Virus record (IMG/VR): IMGVR_UViG_3300022538_000825
Span: 1-50,560 of that record
Reading direction: 5' to 3' (one strand)
Length of the DNA stretch: 50,560 nucleotides
Source: a virus
Taxonomy: Duplodnaviria > Caudoviricetes
In this document: positions 44,508 through 50,560 of the stretch, piece by piece
How the letters are laid out: each line of letters begins with the position of its first letter
How positions within the stretch are numbered: the first letter of the stretch is position 1
Made by a program: the position numbers and the translations under genes
The notes under the pieces: model-generated
Database searches by the model: none
The model's input: the letters and a program-made list of their open reading frames with translations, nothing else
Told to the model about the DNA's origin: nothing

Positions 44508-44791
44508 ACTGGAGGACTAGGAGAAGAAAGGACAGGCGGGCCCAAGAGGCGTATTTCGAGGATCATCAATACTGTGAGGTCTGTCTGGCTGAGGGGAGAG
44601 GCAGGTACCCAGCCGATGATGTACATGAGATCCTGTACAGGTCACAGGGGGGAGAATGCGTCCCGGATAATGAGATCTCTACCTGTAGATCTGACCATGA
44701 TAGGATGCACTTTAAGACTGAGCCGTACCTGAGAAAAGAGGATCTGTTGAGGATAAAGGAGAGGGAGAATGTCGGAGTGGTATACGTTTAA
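44504..44791 (+). CDS. HNH endonuclease
   Basis: CEVC...DVHEILYRSQGG...N..STCRSDH. Confidence 0.8.
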   Translation: MNWRTRRRKDRRAQEAYFEDHQYCEVCLAEGRGRYPADDVHEILYRSQGGECVPDNEISTCRSDHDRMHFKTEPYLRKEDLLRIKERENVGVVYV

Positions 44792-44957
44792 GTGTCGTAT
44801 GCCGAAGGCGGCGCTAGATGTTTTGGAGGCGGAATTGGAGAGGGTTAAATTATTGGCTGACATAAGCGGGGATCTACCCGACGAGGTGCAGGACGGGCTT
44901 GCACTTGAGTTAATCGTGGCAAACTCGGCGGGGACGCCGGATAAGTCGGTGGTGTAA
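44769..44957 (+). CDS. Hypothetical protein
   Basis: SD GAGGGAG; ALELIVANS. Confidence 0.55.
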   Translation: MSEWYTFKCRMPKAALDVLEAELERVKLLADISGDLPDEVQDGLALELIVANSAGTPDKSVV

Positions 44958-45116
44958 ATGAGAGAAGAGCAAGTGCTAGTATTAGACAAATGCCCTAAGT
45001 GTTTTTCTCCCTGGGCAGAAGAGGATCCGGATTGTACGGATGCAAATAGCTTACGTTGCCTGATATGCGGATATAGATGGACGAGAGGACAAATACGATG
45101 CCAGGCTTCGTTATAG
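44958..45116 (+). CDS. Zn-ribbon microprotein (not in track)
   Basis: CPKC...RCLICGYRW; ATG directly after upstream stop. Confidence 0.6.
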   Translation: MREEQVLVLDKCPKCFSPWAEEDPDCTDANSLRCLICGYRWTRGQIRCQASL

Positions 45117-45191
45117 GTCTTATTGTAGGCTTTATAGTTGCGTTTGTAGTGTTCGACGTTTTTCAGGTATATTTCTGGTAGGAGGTTAGGA

Positions 45192-45398
45192 GTGTCCAAG
45201 AAAAGGAGAAAAGGTGGGGGGACAGCTCAGAAGGCGAAGAGAAGAAGAAAGCAGTGGTACGCCCAGTCACATGGTGCTCCTTATAAGGGACAAGCAACAG
45301 GTACTTCAGTGGTGCAACGTCCTCTTCCTCCTGATGAGGAAATGATGATGGATTTAACTGCAACACTGGCTATGCTTATGCTAAGAAAGAGACGATGA
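45192..45398 (+). CDS. Hypothetical protein
   Basis: SD AGGAGGT. Confidence 0.5.
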   Translation: MSKKRRKGGGTAQKAKRRRKQWYAQSHGAPYKGQATGTSVVQRPLPPDEEMMMDLTATLAMLMLRKRR

Positions 45399-45649
45399 AA
45401 CGAAAGAGATTACCCTGGGCCTGGTTCAGGCATGGCTTGATTTCAATTATGTGGAGTAGCCAGCTCGTATTTGGGGCTCATCGCAACCGGCATACACTTA
45501 TGTTTGTGTGGGGTTCGAGAATCAAGTACGGGATTACTATTTTTCCTAAAGATATTTGGATCCACGTATGGTTGCCGAAGTGGTGTCAGGGTAGGGGGTA
45601 CTATATTAGCATCGGATTGTGGCTATTTTCTATCCATAGGGGGTATTGA
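45395..45649 (+). CDS. Hypothetical Trp-rich protein
   Basis: Overlap-coupled on both sides. Confidence 0.5.
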   Translation: MKRKRLPWAWFRHGLISIMWSSQLVFGAHRNRHTLMFVWGSRIKYGITIFPKDIWIHVWLPKWCQGRGYYISIGLWLFSIHRGY

Positions 45650-46881
45650 TGGAGATAAAGACGGTTAAAATAGACGAGTTAAAGGTATTTGAGGGAAATC
45701 CTAAGAAGCATCCAGAAGAACAAATAAACAAGATAGTTCGCTCTTTCTCAGAATATGGTTGGACTAATCCTATCCTTGCGACAAAGGATAATATGATTGT
45801 CGCTGGTCACGCTAGGGTAGAGGCGGCCAAGAAAGCAGGAATAAGAGAGGTACCGGTAATATATCTTCCATTTGAGGGGAAGAAAGCCTTAGCCTATGCA
45901 ATTGCAGATAATAAACTGGCTGAAAGGGAATGGGATTTTGGCAAGATGGCTGACTTATTAACGGAACTTGATGACGGTCAATTTAATCTAGAGCTCACAG
46001 GTTTCGATATAGAGGAAGTAGAGAAGATTATGAATTGGACGCCAGCTCAGTTTAGACCAGGGGCAGGCTATGCAAAGGTAGATCCTGAGAAGATTAAAGA
46101 CTTAACACTATCGGATACAGAAAAGGATAAATTTCATAATTACGACACTTTTCTAGTTCAATATTCAGGGGGACGGGACTCTACTGTGGCCCTATGGTGG
46201 GCTAAGAAGAACTTCCCAGAGAGAAGAATTGTAGCTGTTTACTCTGATCCGGGCGTGGAATTCCCAGGGATGGGAGCTGCGGTGGAAGATGTAACGCAGT
46301 TTTTGGGGGTGGAGCTGGAAGCGGTAAAGCCAAAAACGGAGTGGTGGATCTGGATTAAGGCCAATGGATGGCCGTCCATGATTTATAGACCCTGTCAGGC
46401 TGTGTTTGTTTTCACGCCGATAAGTGAAGTGATACGGAAATTTAACTCCAAAAAGACACTATTGGTTGACGGAAGCCGTGCGAAACAGGTGATAAGAGGA
46501 AGCAAAAAAGGGAAAGACACCAAACTTCCAAGTCTGCAATATAGTAAGGAGACAAAAGATTTCAAGGCGTATCACCCTACGTATGCTCTATCAGATAAGG
46601 ATGTATGGAATATAGTCCAGAGTGAGAAAATTCCCATTTGGAGAGGTTATGAAATGGGGTTTGTACGCTCGGCTTGCTGGTGTTGTCCTTTTCAGTGTGG
46701 AGTGCAGGCTTATATGCTCCAGAAACATTATCCCGGTCTGGCCGATGAGATACGTTATTGGGAGAAGCGGTTGGGAAGTGGGTTTTGTGTACGAGGAAAG
46801 AAAGTAGATAAATTTGATGATAAGCTCAGAATGGGAAGGAAGAAGCTAAAGGTTGATGACTTTGATGCCATTCGATATTAG
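45646..46881 (+). CDS. ParB-like N-terminal domain fused to PAPS-reductase-family (PP-loop) domain
   Basis: GWTNPI..IVAGHAR..ADNKL; YSGGRDS, DPGVEFP, DGSRAKQ, RSACWCCPF. Confidence 0.88.
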   Translation: MMEIKTVKIDELKVFEGNPKKHPEEQINKIVRSFSEYGWTNPILATKDNMIVAGHARVEAAKKAGIREVPVIYLPFEGKKALAYAIADNKLAEREWDFGKMADLLTELDDGQFNLELTGFDIEEVEKIMNWTPAQFRPGAGYAKVDPEKIKDLTLSDTEKDKFHNYDTFLVQYSGGRDSTVALWWAKKNFPERRIVAVYSDPGVEFPGMGAAVEDVTQFLGVELEAVKPKTEWWIWIKANGWPSMIYRPCQAVFVFTPISEVIRKFNSKKTLLVDGSRAKQVIRGSKKGKDTKLPSLQYSKETKDFKAYHPTYALSDKDVWNIVQSEKIPIWRGYEMGFVRSACWCCPFQCGVQAYMLQKHYPGLADEIRYWEKRLGSGFCVRGKKVDKFDDKLRMGRKKLKVDDFDAIRY

Positions 46882-47229
46882 AAGTTCCCCTGTGAATCCT
46901 GTTCTATCGCAGGAAGGTGAGTTTTTACATAGAAAGGCTTTTTGACAGTTGTGTTCTAGGGCTATTTCTAAAGTCTTTTTAGCCCCCAGGATAAAACGAG
47001 ATGATACATTGCACCCTGTAACGTCATAAAGAGTAGAATTCTGCTTGTTTTGTAGAGGAGCAGCGGGGCGAGGAACAGGAAGACCTCCTAGTTGTTCAGG
47101 ACAGACAAAGATTAAGTTGCATTTCTTAGAATACCGAGCAATTTTCGCAGGACTGGGGACAGACCTACCGTGATAGCGGCAAGGCTCTCCAGTAAAGCAC
47201 AGGGAGAATAAGACGCTTTCTTTGTTCAT
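46846..47229 (-). CDS. DUF523 / 2-thiouracil desulfurase (TudS)-family protein
   Basis: SLCFTGEPCRYHG, VCPEQLGGLPVPRP, KNSPSC. Confidence 0.88.
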   Translation of the reverse strand: MNKESVLFSLCFTGEPCRYHGRSVPSPAKIARYSKKCNLIFVCPEQLGGLPVPRPAAPLQNKQNSTLYDVTGCNVSSRFILGAKKTLEIALEHNCQKAFLCKNSPSCDRTGFTGELLISNGIKVINL

Positions 47230-47247
47230 ATTTTACCTCCATTATAC

Positions 47248-47276
47248 ATTATAGCACAGAAATGCCATAAAGTCAA
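47248..47276 (-). promoter_or_regulatory. Moron promoter for DUF523 gene
   Basis: TTGACT-N17-TATAAT with TG extension, then SD GGAGGT. Confidence 0.75.
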
Positions 47277-47305
47277 GTGGGGTGGGGAGTTGAGGAGATG
47301 GACTC

Positions 47306-48496
47306 TTGGAAATAAAAAGAATGAAATTGGTTGATATAAAGCTTGCTCGTTATAATCCCCGGAAAGATCTCAAGCCAGGCGATCCTGAATATGAGAAGAT
47401 AAAAAGGAGTATTGACGAATTTGACTGTGTAGAGCCGCTGGTGTGGAATAGGAGAAGCAAGAGACTTATCGGGGGTCACCAAAGGTTGAAAATCCTTAAG
47501 GAGAAGGGAATAAAAGAGTTCGAGGTATCGGTGGTTGATTTAGAGGAGCAAAAAGAGAAGGCTCTTAATGTTGCTTTGAATAAGATAGAGGGAGAGTGGG
47601 ACTTTACCAAGCTGGCGGACCTGATGACGGAGCTGGACGACGGAGAGTTTGACCTGGAGTTGACGGGGTTTGATCTTAAGGAGATTGAGGAGATAATGAA
47701 CTGGACTCCCAAAGAGGAAAAGCCTTTTGATGCGGCGGCTGAAGCCGAAAAGATAAAAGAGCCGAAGAGCAGACGAGGGGAGATTTACCAGCTAGGCAGG
47801 CATAGATTGATGTGCGGGGATGCGACTAACAAGGAAGATGTGGAGAGGCTGATGGGTGGGGAGAAGGGGGATTTATTACTGACTGACCCCCCCTATAATG
47901 TTGGAAAAGACTATAAAAATGAAAACTTGTCAGAACCCGAAATGGTAAATTTTTTCAATGGGTGGATGAAAATGGCGGTTAATAGTCTAAAAGACAAAGC
48001 GGCAGTTTACGTTTTTGCCGCTAATAGAACTCTTCCGATTATATTATCTTGTTTTTATCAGAATTTCTATTATTCGAGGACAATTTGCTGGTATAAACCT
48101 GATGCAATGGGAGTTTATTCGGCTGATTATTTTTTTCAATGGGAGCCGATTTTATATGGCGGGAAGAATGGTTCGCCCCATGTAGAAAAAAGAGGTAAAT
48201 TTTCCCGTGACCATTGGGAAGTTCCTGTTTTTGAAATAAAGGGCAAGAATACTCCTGAAACGGCTGTGCATCCCACAAGGAAGCCATTGGATGTTATTAT
48301 TGAGCCGATTAATGTTAATTCGATTAAAGACAATATAGTTATTGACCTGTTTGGCGGCTCAGGCACAACTCTAATAGCCTGCGAGCAAATCAACCGCATC
48401 TGCTATATGATGGAAATAGACCCTATTTACTGTGACGTAATCATCAACCGCTGGGAGAAACATACAGGGGAAAAAGCGGAGTTAATAAAGCAATGA
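47306..48496 (+). CDS. ParB-like N-terminal domain fused to N6A/N4C DNA methyltransferase
   Basis: YNPRK..IGGHQR; TDPPYN, HPTRKP, DLFGGSGTT. Confidence 0.93.
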   Translation: MEIKRMKLVDIKLARYNPRKDLKPGDPEYEKIKRSIDEFDCVEPLVWNRRSKRLIGGHQRLKILKEKGIKEFEVSVVDLEEQKEKALNVALNKIEGEWDFTKLADLMTELDDGEFDLELTGFDLKEIEEIMNWTPKEEKPFDAAAEAEKIKEPKSRRGEIYQLGRHRLMCGDATNKEDVERLMGGEKGDLLLTDPPYNVGKDYKNENLSEPEMVNFFNGWMKMAVNSLKDKAAVYVFAANRTLPIILSCFYQNFYYSRTICWYKPDAMGVYSADYFFQWEPILYGGKNGSPHVEKRGKFSRDHWEVPVFEIKGKNTPETAVHPTRKPLDVIIEPINVNSIKDNIVIDLFGGSGTTLIACEQINRICYMMEIDPIYCDVIINRWEKHTGEKAELIKQ

Positions 48497-48906
48497 AGCT
48501 AAATATTCGCCAGATCAAATTCATTGACAATCTTTTCCTGGGTATGAGCTTAGTTAAGGCTTATAGGGAGGCAGGCTATAAGGGAAGAGGTCAATCGGAT
48601 TATAGCGATAGCTCCCGGTTGCTTAGAAAAGCTAATGTTTTAGCAGAATTGAAAGCCCGCATTGAGACTCACAGGGAAACTGTAAGTGCTCGGCTAATGA
48701 CGATTACAGACGGAGCTACTAATGCTTATATCAGGATCCTCAAGTTAAAGGCTGGGAATAATCCTGCCTTAATTGAAATTCAAAGGAAAGTGGCCCAAGA
48801 CTTATTCGACCGGGCGGGCCTGAAGCCGGTGGAGAGAGTGGCACTAGGGGGCGATAAGGAGCTGGAGCCGCTCAGAGTTATAATTGAAAAGGGAAAAGAT
48901 GGGTGA
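48493..48906 (+). CDS. terS: Terminase small subunit
   Basis: QIKFID...AYREAGY...SSRLL; upstream of TerL. Confidence 0.8.
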   Translation: MKLNIRQIKFIDNLFLGMSLVKAYREAGYKGRGQSDYSDSSRLLRKANVLAELKARIETHRETVSARLMTITDGATNAYIRILKLKAGNNPALIEIQRKVAQDLFDRAGLKPVERVALGGDKELEPLRVIIEKGKDG

Positions 48907-50087
48907 ATGGGAAAGTAGTCCTTCATAAATACCAGGGTAAAGCCATGCTATCACCCGCCCGCTTCATCGGCTTAATAGCCGGGTCAGGCGGCGGTAAAAC
49001 GTTCTTTGGCCCTATCTGGCTACTCAGGGAGGTCCGCAATCATCCGCAAGACTCGTTCTTTGTCATAGCCCCGACGTTCCCCCTGTTCAACAGGACGACC
49101 CTTCCGGAGTTCAGGAGGCGGTTCGACTTCGAGCCCGGGATCAAGGGGACTTATAAGGAGCAAAAAAAGGAGTACCGGCTGGGGAGCGGGGGTATTATCT
49201 ACTTTGGCTCTGCTGATAGACCGGATAGCCTAGAGGGAGGCCAGGTCAGGGCCGCTTGGGTTGATGAGGCTGGCCAGATTAAACGTGCCTCCTGGGAGGC
49301 TATCCAGCGCAGGCTGGGCTTCTATATGGGTCGCGCCCTGCTTACGACAACCCCTTACTCGCTCAACTGGCTCAAGACAGATTTCTATGACCACTGGAAG
49401 AAAAGGGATCCGGATTATGATGTGATCCAGTTTAAGTCCATTGATAGCCCTTATTACCCTAAGGATGAGTACAAGCGGGCTAAGAGGACTCTGGACAGCC
49501 GTATATTTGAGATGCGCTATGACGCGCTCTTTCGTAAGATGGCTGGGCTGGTATATGCTGAGTTCACGCAGAGGAACATAAAAGAGCCGGTAGGGATCAA
49601 ATTCAAGCGGGTGATCGCGGGGGTTGATTGGGGATTTTACCCTGATCCGGCGGCGATAATCCTCCACGGGGAGGATGCCCGGGGGAGGGTCTGGGTATTC
49701 TACGAATACTACCAGCTACGGAAGACCCCGGATGAGGTCTGCGCCGTCGCCAAGAAGCTGAACAAGGACTACAAAGTGGAGGTCTTCTGGTGCGGCCAGG
49801 ATGAGCCAGGAAGTATAGAGATGTTTCGCAGGGCTGGACTGAATGCCAAAGCCAATGAAGTGATGTCCGTCGCTGAGGGCCAGGGGGCTGTGACTGATCT
49901 TATAAAGAATGACGCATTACTTGTATCAAAGCGCTGTCCCAACTGGCTGGACGAGGTGGAGACGCATTATTATCCGGAGGGGAAGGTCAAGCCGGAGGGC
50001 CCCGACCACGCCCTGAGCGCCTCCAGATACGCTATTGTCAATATGAAACAAATAACTGAAAAAAGTAAAGTTTATATAGTGGGGTGA
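48903..50087 (+). CDS. terL: Terminase large subunit
   Basis: AGSGGGKT, WVDEAG, TTTP, GVDWG, DHALSASRY. Confidence 0.93.
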   Translation: MNGKVVLHKYQGKAMLSPARFIGLIAGSGGGKTFFGPIWLLREVRNHPQDSFFVIAPTFPLFNRTTLPEFRRRFDFEPGIKGTYKEQKKEYRLGSGGIIYFGSADRPDSLEGGQVRAAWVDEAGQIKRASWEAIQRRLGFYMGRALLTTTPYSLNWLKTDFYDHWKKRDPDYDVIQFKSIDSPYYPKDEYKRAKRTLDSRIFEMRYDALFRKMAGLVYAEFTQRNIKEPVGIKFKRVIAGVDWGFYPDPAAIILHGEDARGRVWVFYEYYQLRKTPDEVCAVAKKLNKDYKVEVFWCGQDEPGSIEMFRRAGLNAKANEVMSVAEGQGAVTDLIKNDALLVSKRCPNWLDEVETHYYPEGKVKPEGPDHALSASRYAIVNMKQITEKSKVYIVG

Positions 50088-50093
50088 TAGAGT

Positions 50094-50560
50094 ATGGCTG
50101 GAAAAAAGGAAATTAAAAAAAGTAGGGTTTTTGTGACCACGGATCAGGGCGCGATTTTGCCTTTTTCCGACCTCCAAAAACATGAGATGAAGAAGTCCTC
50201 CAAGCAGATCAAGGAGGAAAAAGTCTGGTTGACAGAATCAGGCTTAGCCAGCCGTCCGTTCTCTCCTGAGTCCTTCCTTACCCTTTATGAATCCAACGCG
50301 ATATTCTGGGCTACTGTCAAGCAGATCGCTACAGACGTGGCTGGGCTGGGCTGGAAACTGGTACTAAAGGAAGGACAAAAAGAGAACGAATCGGAGAAAA
50401 AGGTACTGGATATCTTCTTCAACAAGCCCAATCCAACCCTATCTCTGAGGAAGATCTGCGAGCGGGTTATTATTGACTGGGGAGCTATAGGATACTGTGG
50501 ACTGGAGGTAACCAGGAGCGGGGATAATAAGGTTGACGGACTCTACCATGTGCCTGCTTA
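50094..50560 (+). CDS. Portal protein, N-terminal part (runs off the window)
   Basis: ATG 50094; LYESNAIFWATVKQIATDVAGLGW...PNP...GLEVTR..GLYHVPA; no stop before window end. Confidence 0.88.
   Translation, partial: MAGKKEIKKSRVFVTTDQGAILPFSDLQKHEMKKSSKQIKEEKVWLTESGLASRPFSPESFLTLYESNAIFWATVKQIATDVAGLGWKLVLKEGQKENESEKKVLDIFFNKPNPTLSLRKICERVIIDWGAIGYCGLEVTRSGDNKVDGLYHVPA

Noticed and set aside
45646-46881. Complete Dnd/Ssp phosphorothioation system or sulfate assimilation gene
   Set aside because: No DndA/B/D/E, Ssp or other sulfate-pathway genes in the window

Overview
The window is an almost complete, circularly permuted genome of a temperate tailed phage (about 50.5 kb, long non-contractile tail inferred from tube + TP901-type tape measure + Dit with no sheath). 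The portal gene is broken across the two window ends. Order: portal C-terminus; MuF/gp7 head protein with an AT-rich LAGLIDADG intein; an enzyme cassette inside the head module (CxxCxxCC protein, nucleotidyltransferase-like + PRTase fusion, glutaminase-less asparagine-synthetase-like protein); XkdF-type protease, scaffold and capsid; neck genes interrupted by a double GT2 glycosyltransferase and a SAM methyltransferase; tail; outer-membrane-type morons (suggesting a diderm host); lysis genes (papain-like peptidase, holin candidate, SleB-like hydrolase); tyrosine integrase and probable attP; hicBA; CI-like repressor and divergent promoters; early/replication genes (Toprim protein, exonuclease, OB-fold SSB, initiator, DnaB, RusA-like, two radical-SAM-type proteins); a tRNA-like RNA; two ParB-fused putative DNA-modification enzymes flanking a DUF523/TudS-like moron; terminase; portal N-terminus. 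The best leads are the head-module enzyme cassette, the ParB-PAPS-reductase + thiouracil-desulfurase pair, a solitary CRISPR-repeat-like unit between twin promoters, a non-canonical tRNA-like RNA, a structured non-coding tract followed by a His-less HisKA mimic, and a tail gene pair suggesting beta-strand complementation. All calls come from motif recognition by eye; no database searches or folding computations were run.
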